The translations under genes were made by a program, and so were the position numbers. A stretch of 53,135 nt of DNA from Nanobdellota archaeon. GTDB lineage: Archaea; Nanobdellota; Nanobdellia; Woesearchaeales; GW2011-AR9. Shown in pieces: positions 37,802-47,379 of the stretch; the stretch's first letter is position 1, and each line of letters begins with the position of its first letter. The DNA is taken from contig JAHJGQ010000029.1 in assembly GCA_018824365.1 (NCBI GenBank), positions 1-53,135 on the forward strand. The letters run 5' to 3'. Under the pieces are notes generated by a model. It saw only the letters and a list, made by a program, of their open reading frames with translations. It did no database searches and was not told where the DNA came from.

Positions 37802-39523
37802 TTAAAATTCATTCTTAGGGTGCTCGTGTCCTATTTCTTTCCTTTCTTTAAGCGCTTCAATATGCTTCTTTTTTTCTTCTTTTATCTTAACTCTTCTTGC
37901 TCTTAGTTCCGTTATAAGATTAGAAGCATGCTCCCCTCCTAAGAAATGAGGAAGGATCACATAATCAGCACCTTTATCGTAAAGTTTCAAAGCTTCATCA
38001 ATCTCGCTTGCGGTTACAATAACTTTTGCATGTTTATTAACAGCACGAACTTTTCCGACTAGATACAAATTATCTTTTGTCTCCGGTACAGTGGAAATCA
38101 GCATCTCAATCTCTCTTAAGTTCATACGTTCAATGATCTCTTCGTCTGACACTTCTCCATAAATGCAGTGATAACCTTTTTTGACCATCATAGAAATTAT
38201 TTCTGGGTTATAATCAACGATTAATAATTTTTTCTTAACTTTCTTTAAATTTTGTAAAATACTATACCCTATCCTGTTATGGCCGCAAAGGATTATCTTT
38301 GGCTTTATGCCTGTTGGAAGATATTCAAGCCCTTCTGTTGTAAAAATATCAAATATTTTGAGTAATGGTTGTAAATATCTGTAAATCCACTGATTATGTT
38401 TTATGTAGTAAGAAGTAATAGTTATTGTGATTAACACTATGATTACTGTAAGCGAAAATAGTTCTTTAGAAATATGGCCCAAGACCAAGCCTTGTGCGGC
38501 TAGAATAAGTGAGAATTCCCCCATCTGAGCTAGTGAATTGGCAGTAAAAAAGGAAGGTTTCTTTGTATACTTGAAAAGTGAGCAAACTAACATGATGATA
38601 ATCGGTTTAAAAATAATAAGGACAATAATTAATACTATTAATGGAATCCACATATCTTTGATTACTGCAAGTGACAAGCCCATCCCTAAAGATACAAAGA
38701 ATAATAATGAAAAGAAATCACGTAATGATTTAACTTTTCCAATGATTTCAAAATTATATTCCAAATTGCCTAGAGTTAGGCCAGCTATAAAAGCACCAAT
38801 GGCAATAGAAAAACCTACATACTGAAAAGCAAGTGAAAATATAAAGCAAACTGCTAATGAAGATATTAACAATAGTTCTTGTCGTTTGGCAGCGAAGCGA
38901 AATACGCTTGGAAAAATAAATTTACTGGCAATATAAGCTAATAAGAAAAGTGAAATGAATTTAATAAAAGCAATTCCAAACATTAAGAAGCTGAAATCAT
39001 TAATTGAAACTAGTATCGATATGGCAAAAATAGCTACGATGTCTTGTATTAACAATGTCCCAACAATAATTCGTCCATGTAATGTGTTTAATTCTCTTTT
39101 ATCTGAAAGAAGTTTCATTACAACCATCGTAGATGAAAAAGCTATCATCAATCCGATATAAGCAGCTTCTAACGGCAAGAAACCAAGTAATAACGAGATG
39201 AAGTAACCTGACACAAACAAGATAATTATCTCGATTAATCCTCCTAAGCTGGAAACAAGGCTTACTGTTTTTAAAGATTTAATATCCATCTCAATGCCGA
39301 CGATGAACAATAAGAAAGCTATTCCAATAATTGACATAGATTCAATAACACTTGTATTTGTTATCAGCTTGAATACTGGTGTAATAAGAATTCCTGCAAA
39401 AACATAAGCTAAGATCTGAGGTTGTTTAAGTAATCTTAAACCAAAAGCTAGAACCGCGGCACCAATAACTACTAAACCTAATTGTAAGAACATATCGCCA
39501 TCAGCACCTATCAAAAATAGCAC
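37802..39523 (-). CDS. CPA2/Kef-type cation:proton antiporter with TrkA-N (RCK) domain
   Basis: FLLFIVGIE, AFSST, QD and QMGEFS motifs; C-terminal ILCGHNRIG; start may be 39514 or 39493. Confidence 0.9.
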   Translation of the reverse strand: MLFLIGADGDMFLQLGLVVIGAAVLAFGLRLLKQPQILAYVFAGILITPVFKLITNTSVIESMSIIGIAFLLFIVGIEMDIKSLKTVSLVSSLGGLIEIIILFVSGYFISLLLGFLPLEAAYIGLMIAFSSTMVVMKLLSDKRELNTLHGRIIVGTLLIQDIVAIFAISILVSINDFSFLMFGIAFIKFISLFLLAYIASKFIFPSVFRFAAKRQELLLISSLAVCFIFSLAFQYVGFSIAIGAFIAGLTLGNLEYNFEIIGKVKSLRDFFSLLFFVSLGMGLSLAVIKDMWIPLIVLIIVLIIFKPIIIMLVCSLFKYTKKPSFFTANSLAQMGEFSLILAAQGLVLGHISKELFSLTVIIVLITITITSYYIKHNQWIYRYLQPLLKIFDIFTTEGLEYLPTGIKPKIILCGHNRIGYSILQNLKKVKKKLLIVDYNPEIISMMVKKGYHCIYGEVSDEEIIERMNLREIEMLISTVPETKDNLYLVGKVRAVNKHAKVIVTASEIDEALKLYDKGADYVILPHFLGGEHASNLITELRARRVKIKEEKKKHIEALKERKEIGHEHPKNEF

Positions 39524-39645
39524 CTCCTTTTTAATTGTCTTAAAGGAAAGAAATAGCTTTTATAAACGTTTTTGTTAGATGGATGAATTTTGTTTATTGG
39601 ATTATTTTAATTACCTTTGATTCTCTTTTTAGAGTAAATTAATCT

Positions 39646-39894
39646 TTATTGTTCGTCTTTGTGATATAAATCAAGAAAGATGATCTTGTTTTCTTCTTTA
39701 AAGTAAGAATAAGATAACCGAAAAGAGCCGATGTACACTTCTCTTGTTCCTTTTCTAGTGAACTTCATTGGTTTTCCTATCTCAGGATTTTCAATAATCT
39801 TCTTTATATGTTTTTTGACTCTCTCTTTATCGGCATTGTTTTTGATCTTACGGATGATGTCAAGAAATTTAGGTGAATGATTTATCTTCAACAT
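39646..39894 (-). CDS. RelE/ParE-family toxin
   Basis: NPEIGKPM....GTRE....FRLSY...HKDE; overlaps the antitoxin stop. Confidence 0.85.
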   Translation of the reverse strand: MLKINHSPKFLDIIRKIKNNADKERVKKHIKKIIENPEIGKPMKFTRKGTREVYIGSFRLSYSYFKEENKIIFLDLYHKDEQ

Positions 39895-40154
39895 TTTTCA
39901 AGGTCATTCAAGAAATCATCTGCTGATTTTGAGATAAATTCTCCTCGTTCATAACTTTTCCATGCTTCTTCAGTTCTTTTGGCAAATTTGAGATCCTCTT
40001 CGATGTTTTTCTCAAAAGCTTTCATACTCTTCAGAATCATCTGTTTATCTGCTTTGATGATTACAAACTTCTCCCCTTCATATAAATCTCCTCGCATCTC
40101 AGAAGGGATTACTATTTGTCCTTTAGAACTCATCTTTGTTATTGCGATTTCCAT
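39888..40154 (-). CDS. AbrB/MazE-family antitoxin
   Basis: TKMSSKGQIVIPSEMR AbrB motif; acidic C-terminus. Confidence 0.88.
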   Translation of the reverse strand: MEIAITKMSSKGQIVIPSEMRGDLYEGEKFVIIKADKQMILKSMKAFEKNIEEDLKFAKRTEEAWKSYERGEFISKSADDFLNDLEKC

Positions 40155-40163
40155 TTTATCAAT

Positions 40164-40179
40164 GTAAGATATATCTTAC
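40164..40179. promoter_or_regulatory. Perfect 16-bp palindrome, candidate TA autorepression operator
   Basis: GTAAGATATATCTTAC lies between the TATA box (40180-40187) and the antitoxin start. Confidence 0.65.
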
Positions 40180-40413
40180 TATAAAAACTTTTCGGTAAAT
40201 TTGTTGATTTGGTGTAACATCCTGATAATTTAGTGTTAATAAAAAAAACCCTCTCAGTAAATTTTTCAAAAAATATTTTGGTAAATTAATGGGGTAATTA
40301 TTTACATTGAATAATATACTGCCTTTATGAAAAATTTGTTAAGAAATTTTGAAAAAACAAAAAATAGGACTATTGTCGGACATTTTTAAAATTTAATATT
40401 TACTAAAAATAAA

Positions 40414-40575
40414 TCATTTCTTTTGCTTTTTCTTCTTTGACTTAGCAAGCTTAATTAATTTTTTAACTTTAGATTCTTTACCTTTACTACTAGCTTTTCT
40501 TCCATTCTCTAAAAGCTTCTTGATTTTTTTAGAAACTTTTTGTATTTTCCTTGTTACTTTTTTCTTTGCTACCAT
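40414..40575 (-). CDS. Lys-rich microprotein (53 aa, not in the ORF track)
   Basis: MVAKKKVTRKIQKVSKKIKKLLENGRKASSKGKESKVKKLIKLAKSKKKKQKK. Confidence 0.55.
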   Translation of the reverse strand: MVAKKKVTRKIQKVSKKIKKLLENGRKASSKGKESKVKKLIKLAKSKKKKQKK

Positions 40576-40596
40576 TTTTATCTTCAGTTAAAAAAT

Positions 40597-40814
40597 TTAG
40601 CTGACATCTGGGCTCGGTGAAGGTTTCCTCAAACAAAACCAAATCGAACATAACGTCAGTTTGTTTTAAATTCCATCTTCGCATCATAGAGAAGCTTAAC
40701 AAGTGTAGTTTTTGCATGATGAGTTATAGCCCAGACACCATACTAATTGCCGAACACTTGACAGAGGCGATATGATAACATCCTTTCCAGGACAACCGAA
40801 TTACCCGAATATTA
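40597..40814 (-). ncRNA. Putative ~220-nt multi-helix structured RNA with kissing loop, unknown family
   Basis: 18-bp helix 40728-40746/40597-40614 with G-U pairs on the minus strand; further nested stems; loop-loop complementarity CAAGUGU/ACACUUG. Confidence 0.65.
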
Positions 40815-40830
40815 ACAAAATAACATAAAC

Positions 40831-40902
40831 TTACTTCTCACGTCTTTCTCTTACTCTCCTATCTTCTTTTCGTTCCTCTCTTCTTTCTTCTTTTCTTGCC
40901 AT
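40831..40902 (-). CDS. 23-aa Glu/Arg/Lys micropeptide (not in the ORF track)
   Basis: MARKEERREERKEDRRVRERREK; perfect SD GAGGTGA (40908-40914) 5 nt before the ATG. Confidence 0.6.
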   Translation of the reverse strand: MARKEERREERKEDRRVRERREK

Positions 40903-41001
40903 TAGATTCACCTCTTTAATTTTTAACTTGAGAAAAGAAAAGACATTTGACATTTATGATCTCTGGTATATACGAAAAAGAAAAATATATACTTCTACTT
41001 C

Positions 41002-41919
41002 TCAAAAATGCTCATTGATTTTTAATCTAAACAAATTATACAAATTATCATTTATTTTTCTAAGATGATATAATATTGTCATCTCTTCAGGTTTTATATT
41101 CTTAATGTTATTTAAAGATTTTATTTTATCGTTTCTTCTTTTACATTCCTGGTGAAAAACAATAAAATCATTTTTTTTGAAGTTGTAGAATAAGTTGTAA
41201 AAATTTTTAACAGATCCATTTGTCTCTAGGTAAAGAATTTTTAATTCTTCTCTGAAACTGATTTCTTCATGGTTAATTAGATCAACAGCTAAATTACCAT
41301 AATTGTTACCTAATTCGCCTAGAACTTGCAAAATATTATAAATTATTTGAGTTTTAAAATAATCTTTATAACCTTTTTTATTTAACACCCGAAAACAAAA
41401 GTTAATGAAGATATCTATATCAAAGTCTCTTCTTTTAATCCCTTTCAACGCTTCCCGATTATTTTCTTCTAAGGCTGATAAACTATCTTCTGCCATAGAA
41501 ATTGTCAACAGAAAGATCCTTCTAAAAATATTCTCAAATTGAGTGTCAGTAGTTTCAGTTATTTCTCCAGCTACACAATAAGAGTTTCCTTGCTCTACAA
41601 TTGCCAATCCAATTAATGAGTTTATTGTTTCCTGAGTAAAAGCTAAGCTTTCCTGCTTTTTGAAAAGAATTTTAATCTGTTCATAACCTCTAATATATGC
41701 TCCGGTTAAGTATTCTCTGATCAATTCTTGGTTTAATTCTCCAACATCAATTTCAACCTCTTTTATTTCTAGATCTTTCATTGTAGAAAAAGTGATTGAC
41801 TTTTCTTTTTCAAAAGCTAGTAATTCATCACCAGGTTTTAAGCTGTGTTGCTTAACCCATTTGGAAGGCAGAGAAGCAACTAAAGTAGAAGCTCCTAATC
41901 TGAATATTTTTCTTCTCAT
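41002..41919 (-). CDS. phoU: AbrB-PhoU phosphate-uptake-regulator family protein
   Basis: RKIFRLGASTLVASLPSKWV AbrB domain; AYIRGY; PhoU-like helical bundle. Confidence 0.85.
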   Translation of the reverse strand: MRRKIFRLGASTLVASLPSKWVKQHSLKPGDELLAFEKEKSITFSTMKDLEIKEVEIDVGELNQELIREYLTGAYIRGYEQIKILFKKQESLAFTQETINSLIGLAIVEQGNSYCVAGEITETTDTQFENIFRRIFLLTISMAEDSLSALEENNREALKGIKRRDFDIDIFINFCFRVLNKKGYKDYFKTQIIYNILQVLGELGNNYGNLAVDLINHEEISFREELKILYLETNGSVKNFYNLFYNFKKNDFIVFHQECKRRNDKIKSLNNIKNIKPEEMTILYHLRKINDNLYNLFRLKINEHF

Positions 41920-42037
41920 GTTGTTAATGAATTATTTGGGATATTTAAACTTTTAGATTGTACATACAAACTTATATTTTTTAATGAGGTATAGTCTTTT
42001 TAATTTGTTTATACTATGATTTAAAAGCTTATATTCT

Positions 42038-42757
42038 TTGTTAATGGTTATGATAGGTGGATTAGAGAATATTTTGACAATGTTAATTGTGATTTTAGCA
42101 ACATTAGCAGCATTGGCGGGAATTGTAGTTCTGGAAAGTTTTTTTCGCAATAAATTAAAAGAGCTTTTTAGTGATGTAAATTATTTCATTTTCTTTTTTC
42201 TAATTATTGGTTATTTGTTGTATTCTATCGGAGAAGTTTCATTTTATTTAGCTCGATTTATTTTAAAAGAAGCATCATCCATAGGTATTTCAGATGTTTA
42301 CTGGTCAGGTGGAGCAATCTTTATCCTAATTTCTTTTATAATGTTGGCTTTCATACTGTTTAAACATAATTACAATCATGCTAAATTTGTAACAATGATG
42401 ATTATTGGCGGAGCATTATTAGGATTTGTTTTATATTTATTATTTGGGGTGACCTTAGGTAAAGAAGCACACTTTTTCAATTATTTTTATCCGATTATTA
42501 GTTCATTGATAGTAACGTTTGCTTTAAGTGTCGTTCTTTTTTCCTCAGATTTAGAACATTTTGGCACAGCTTTGCTGTTTTTTTTCTTAGCAAGCTGTGG
42601 AATTTTATTAGGAGATATTTTCTTTACTTATACTATTACAAAAGGAGTTTATGGTTTAGCAGGATTAATTGCTGATGTTTCCTATCTGCTGGGTTATGGT
42701 TTGAGTTTTGTTGCTTTTATAACATTGCGCCTAAGAATGCGTACGTTAGCAATTTAA
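42038..42757 (+). CDS. 7-TM membrane protein (stand-alone sensor-like)
   Basis: Seven hydrophobic segments; start uncertain (42044/42050). Confidence 0.65.
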   Translation: MLMVMIGGLENILTMLIVILATLAALAGIVVLESFFRNKLKELFSDVNYFIFFFLIIGYLLYSIGEVSFYLARFILKEASSIGISDVYWSGGAIFILISFIMLAFILFKHNYNHAKFVTMMIIGGALLGFVLYLLFGVTLGKEAHFFNYFYPIISSLIVTFALSVVLFSSDLEHFGTALLFFFLASCGILLGDIFFTYTITKGVYGLAGLIADVSYLLGYGLSFVAFITLRLRMRTLAI

Positions 42758-42959
42758 AATTTTATCATAAAAAAAAGTAATCATTAGTTAGCGAGAAAAG
42801 TAAAGTATAAATTTTTTGGAAGAAATGGAAAGAGAAGAGTAAAATGGCAAAGAAAAGAAAAAATAAAATTTACGAATGAGTTATTGAGACGTTGAAAAAA
42901 CAAGGTCTGCAGATAGTCGATGCTGAGGAATAAAAAGAATGAAAAAGAAAAATTGAAGA

Positions 42960-43121
42960 ATGAAAAGACTATTAATTGGAATAGGGGTCATTTATGGAAT
43001 TGCCACAATAATAGCTATGATTTCAGGAGGAATCAATTTTCTATTAGTAATCCTGCTCGCTATTTGTGTTGCCTCTATTATTGGGGGCGTTTATCTTTAC
43101 ATTAAAAAAGATAAAGATTAG
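42960..43121 (+). CDS. Small 2-TM membrane protein (53 aa, not in the ORF track)
   Basis: MKRLLIGIGVIYGIATIIAMISGGINFLLVILLAICVASIIGGVYLYIKKDKD. Confidence 0.65.
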   Translation: MKRLLIGIGVIYGIATIIAMISGGINFLLVILLAICVASIIGGVYLYIKKDKD

Positions 43122-43172
43122 AAAAATCTAAATACTAAAGAGTTTTATTTTATCATAAAAAAGAGGGATTGA

Positions 43173-45902
43173 ATGGCTGATAATCAGGAAAAATGGTACC
43201 TGAAGAAGTTAGATGAAGTTTTCAAAACATTAGATTCTAGTGAAAAAGGCTTATCACAAAAAGAAGCTGAAAAAAGAATTAAAGAACACGGATATAACGA
43301 AATCAAAGAAGTAAAGAAAGACACACCATTAAAGATATTGTTAAGACAGTTTAAGTCTTTTGTTGTAGGAATTTTGGCTGTTGCCGCAATCATTTCTTTT
43401 TTTATTGGACATCAAGTAGAATTAGTTGTAATTTCTATTATTATCTTATTTGTTATTTTACTTAATTTCTTCGAAGAATATAAAGCATCTAGGGATATGG
43501 AAGCATTGATTAATTTAACTCCTAAGAAAGCTAAAATATTACGAGATGGCAAAAAAATTGAGATTTTATCTAGAGAAATAACTATAGGAGATATATTAGT
43601 TTTAGAAAGAGGAAATATAATTAGTGCTGATGCCAGGTTGATTGAAGCAAATAATCTTAAAGTAGAAGAAGCAGCTCTTACTGGAGAATCGGTTTCTGTT
43701 AACAAAACAATTACAGATTTAAAAATAAAAACACAATTAGCACAACAAGTTAATATGTTATTTGCAGGAACCACCGTTACCAATGGTGATGGTCTTGCTG
43801 TTGTTGTTGGAATAGGGGAAAATACTGAAATTGGCAAAATATCCAGTATGATTAAGAGCATTAAAGATGAGACAACCCCACTACAAAAGAGACTAGACAA
43901 ATTAACAAAACAAATTTCTATTGGAGCAATGATTATTGCAGTAATTGTTTTTATTATTGGTATTTTACAAGGAACACATTGGACTGGAATGCTCATTTTT
44001 TCGATGGCAGTTATTGTTTCAGGCATACCAGAAAGCTTACCCACAGTAGTAGCTGTAACTTTAGCTACTGGTGTAAAAAAAATGGCTAAGCGTAACGCAA
44101 TAATAAAGAGATTACCTGCTGTAGAAACTTTAGGAACATGTACAGTAATTTGTTCAGATAAAACCGGAACATTGACTCAAAATAAGATGGTCATTGAGAA
44201 CCTATTTACTTCTGATGTAGAAGTGGGTGTTACAGGTAATGGATATGAACCCAAAGGGGTTTTTCTAAAAGAGAAGATTAAGATTGATGTTAATAAACAT
44301 AAAACCATCTCTAAAATGTTAGAGATTGGAGTTTTGTGTAATAATGCAGATATTAAATTAGAGAAAAAAATCTGGACTGTTGATGGTGAGGCCACAGAAG
44401 GAGCTTTAATCACGCTTGCTAGAAAAGCAGGATTGATAACAGAGGATTATCATAAAAAATTCCCACGAAAAAAAGAGCATCCATTTGATCCAGAAAGGAA
44501 ATGCATGAGTACAATTCATCTTAATCAAGGAAAGCACTTTGTTTATTCTAAAGGAGCTCCAGAGATTCTTTTAACAAAAGCAAAGTATTATTTAGATAAT
44601 GGTAAAATCAAGAGATTAGATAAAAAAATTCTAAATTTATTCTTGGAAAAAAATAAAGAATATGCTTCAAATGGTCTGAGAGTGTTAGGTTTATCTTTTA
44701 AGGAACACAAAGGCTCTTTTGATTTAAAAAATGTAGAATCTAATTTAGTATTTGTTGGTTTAGTTTCTATACGTGATCCTCCAGCTCCAAATGTTAAAGA
44801 ATCAATAAAGCAGTGTAAAGAGGCCGGAATTAAGGTAGTGATGATTACTGGAGATAATGAGCTCACCGCTAAAGCAATCGCTACAGAATTAGGAATCTTT
44901 TCTGAAAGAGATATAGTAATGACTGGAAAAGAATTAGATGAATTAAATGATACTGTTTTTGAAAAAATGATTAATCACATTTCAGTATATGCTCGGGTAA
45001 CACCAGCACATAAATTAAGAATAGTTAAATCATTGCAAAACGTAGGACATATCGTAGGAATGACTGGTGATGGTGTCAATGATGCCCCAGCGCTTAAAAA
45101 AGCAGATATAGGGATTGCCATGGGCAAACGCGGAACGGATGTTGCCAAGGAATCTTCTGAGTTGATATTGAGAGATGATAATTTTAGTACTATCATAAAT
45201 GCTATAGAAGAAGGAAGAACCATTTATGAAAATATTAGGAAATTTATTTATTATCTTTTAGTAGGAAATGCTGCCGAAGTGTTGATTATTTTAATTGCGG
45301 TAATGGTAGGAGCAAATCTTCCATTAACTGCATTAATGGTGCTTTTTATTAATTTAGTTACCAGTGAATTTCCTGCACTAGGGCTTAGTTTTGAGAAGCC
45401 ATCATTAAAAATTATGAAACAAAGACCTAGAGATCATAAGGAAGGAATACTGAGCGATTATTTGATTTTTAAGATTGGACAGATAATACCTTTAATAGTT
45501 CTTGGAGCAATTGCTTTATACGTTTGGGAACTTATGATGAAGAGTGGTGAAATACCAAAAGCACAAACTGTCGCATTTGCAACAATAATATTCTTTGAAC
45601 TATTCCATGCTTTGAATGCAAAAAGTTGGGATGAAACAATATTTTCGAAGAATTTTTTCTCCAACTTTTACGTACTGGGAGGTATCGCACTCGCTGCAGT
45701 ATTAACAGTATTGGTTATATACCTGCCATTTTTACAGAATATTTTTGGAACTGTAGCTTTAGATATTAAAGATTGGATTATCATTATCGCTGTCTCTTCT
45801 AGTGCGATGTGGATTATAGAACTGCAAAAGACTTTACTTCAGGCAGAATTGAAAGAAAGAAAAAAAATGGAAATTCATCCGACAAGGATTGATGTAGATT
45901 AA
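43173..45902 (+). CDS. P-type IIA (Ca2+-type) cation-transporting ATPase
   Basis: TGES, IPESL, CSDKTGTLT, KGAPE, MITGD and TGDGVND motifs. Confidence 0.95.
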   Translation: MADNQEKWYLKKLDEVFKTLDSSEKGLSQKEAEKRIKEHGYNEIKEVKKDTPLKILLRQFKSFVVGILAVAAIISFFIGHQVELVVISIIILFVILLNFFEEYKASRDMEALINLTPKKAKILRDGKKIEILSREITIGDILVLERGNIISADARLIEANNLKVEEAALTGESVSVNKTITDLKIKTQLAQQVNMLFAGTTVTNGDGLAVVVGIGENTEIGKISSMIKSIKDETTPLQKRLDKLTKQISIGAMIIAVIVFIIGILQGTHWTGMLIFSMAVIVSGIPESLPTVVAVTLATGVKKMAKRNAIIKRLPAVETLGTCTVICSDKTGTLTQNKMVIENLFTSDVEVGVTGNGYEPKGVFLKEKIKIDVNKHKTISKMLEIGVLCNNADIKLEKKIWTVDGEATEGALITLARKAGLITEDYHKKFPRKKEHPFDPERKCMSTIHLNQGKHFVYSKGAPEILLTKAKYYLDNGKIKRLDKKILNLFLEKNKEYASNGLRVLGLSFKEHKGSFDLKNVESNLVFVGLVSIRDPPAPNVKESIKQCKEAGIKVVMITGDNELTAKAIATELGIFSERDIVMTGKELDELNDTVFEKMINHISVYARVTPAHKLRIVKSLQNVGHIVGMTGDGVNDAPALKKADIGIAMGKRGTDVAKESSELILRDDNFSTIINAIEEGRTIYENIRKFIYYLLVGNAAEVLIILIAVMVGANLPLTALMVLFINLVTSEFPALGLSFEKPSLKIMKQRPRDHKEGILSDYLIFKIGQIIPLIVLGAIALYVWELMMKSGEIPKAQTVAFATIIFFELFHALNAKSWDETIFSKNFFSNFYVLGGIALAAVLTVLVIYLPFLQNIFGTVALDIKDWIIIIAVSSSAMWIIELQKTLLQAELKERKKMEIHPTRIDVD

Positions 45903-46120
45903 TCCTCCTATTTTCCATTATCTAACAATTAAACAATCCTCTCCCTACATTTCTAGGCAGTACTTAACTCACAAAAAATTAAAATTATTTATCCTAAAAT
46001 AATTGTACAAAAAGATTTAAGGAGATGATGAACCACTAAGTGGTATTTTTCCAAAATTAAGTGTTTTAATGCACAAAATTTGTTATTACAAACTCTAAAA
46101 ACTATAAAGACGGTTAAAAG

Positions 46121-47329
46121 ATGGTATTCGTCGAGATCTTACTAGCTTTGATTTTAGGTATATTTAGTGGATGTATTACCGGCCTTATTCCCGGAATCCA
46201 TGTTAATCTCATTTCAGTACTTATTATTTCTTTATCACCACTTTTATTGACGATTACTTCACCAATAGTCTTAGCAGTATTTATCATCAGCTTAGCGATT
46301 ACACATACATTTCTAGATTCAATCCCTAGTATTTATTTAGGGGCTCCAGATGAGGCTCAAGCTTTGAATGTACTGCCTGGACATAGGTTATTGAACAAAG
46401 GAGAAGGACATAATGCTATTGTCTATACAGTGATTGGTTCTTTAGGTTGTTTAATTTTAGCAATAGTTCTATTTCCTATTTTTATTGTAAGCATGGAAAA
46501 GATTTATCCTTTGGTTAAGACTTATATTGGTTATATCCTTTCATTGATTATGATAATAATGATTAGTAAAGATAAAGGAAAAAGAATGAAAAGTTTAGTT
46601 GCTTTCTTATTGGCTGGATGTATAGGACTGATTATTTTTAGTATCCCCAATTTAAAACAACCTTTATTTCCGCTTTTGTCAGGATTATTTGGTTTTTCCA
46701 TTTTATTATTTAGTTTAATGCAAAAATCGATAATTCCACAACAAGATTTGACAAAACCATTAACAATAACAAAAAAAAATATTGTTAAATCAGTTACTGC
46801 AGCTTCAGGAGTTGGTTTCATTGCCGCTTTCCTGCCGGGTTTTGGTTCATCGCAGGCAGCTATTGTTGCTACTAATGTTGTCGGTGATGTTGGCGATGAA
46901 GGCTTTCTTTCCTTAGTTGGCGGGATTAATACTGCTAATATGTTGATCAGTGTTGCTACTGCTTATGTCTTAGATAAAGCTAGAAATGGAGCTATACTAA
47001 CTGTAAACAAGCTATTGGGAAAGATTGGTTTTCAAGAGATGCTAATTTTCTTAGCAGTTGCTTTAGTTGTAGGGGGCATTGCTTCAATCTTAGCTTTGAT
47101 GTTATCTAAAGCTTTTTCTAAATTAATTGTCAAAGTTAATTATAATAAAATTGTTTTAAGTATTATTATTTTTATTACTTTACTTACATTCTATTTTGAC
47201 GGTTTTATAGGATTAACCATTTTGGCTACCTCAACTGCCATAGGTTTAGCTGCTTCATATTGGGGCGTAGGAAAAAATCATTTGATGGGCTGCTTGATAC
47301 TGCCAGTTATTCTTTATTTTGTTTTGTGA
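46121..47329 (+). CDS. TctA-like tripartite tricarboxylate transporter permease (archaeal)
   Basis: TGLIPGIHVN, THTFLDSIPSIYLGAP and LPGH motifs. Confidence 0.85.
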   Translation: MVFVEILLALILGIFSGCITGLIPGIHVNLISVLIISLSPLLLTITSPIVLAVFIISLAITHTFLDSIPSIYLGAPDEAQALNVLPGHRLLNKGEGHNAIVYTVIGSLGCLILAIVLFPIFIVSMEKIYPLVKTYIGYILSLIMIIMISKDKGKRMKSLVAFLLAGCIGLIIFSIPNLKQPLFPLLSGLFGFSILLFSLMQKSIIPQQDLTKPLTITKKNIVKSVTAASGVGFIAAFLPGFGSSQAAIVATNVVGDVGDEGFLSLVGGINTANMLISVATAYVLDKARNGAILTVNKLLGKIGFQEMLIFLAVALVVGGIASILALMLSKAFSKLIVKVNYNKIVLSIIIFITLLTFYFDGFIGLTILATSTAIGLAASYWGVGKNHLMGCLILPVILYFVL

Positions 47330-47379
47330 ACAGAAATGTATAATTAAATAATCAATATATTTATTTTTTTAGACTCAAT

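Noticed and set aside
40529..40717. 62-aa ORF in the track
   Set aside because: It overlaps the structured RNA and the Lys-rich ORF out of frame, with no SD or motif
40597..40740. Resemblance to the c-di-AMP riboswitch (CCGAGCCC..GUCAGCUAA) or RNase P CR-I (GAGGAAA..CACC)
   Set aside because: The other conserved blocks (GCUGAAUCC and GGGG..AAUC; P4 with bulged U and ACAGAA) are absent or out of order; needs cmscan to settle
42920..43105. 61-aa ORF in the track
   Set aside because: The alternative frame 42960-43121 encodes a far more plausible 2-TM protein
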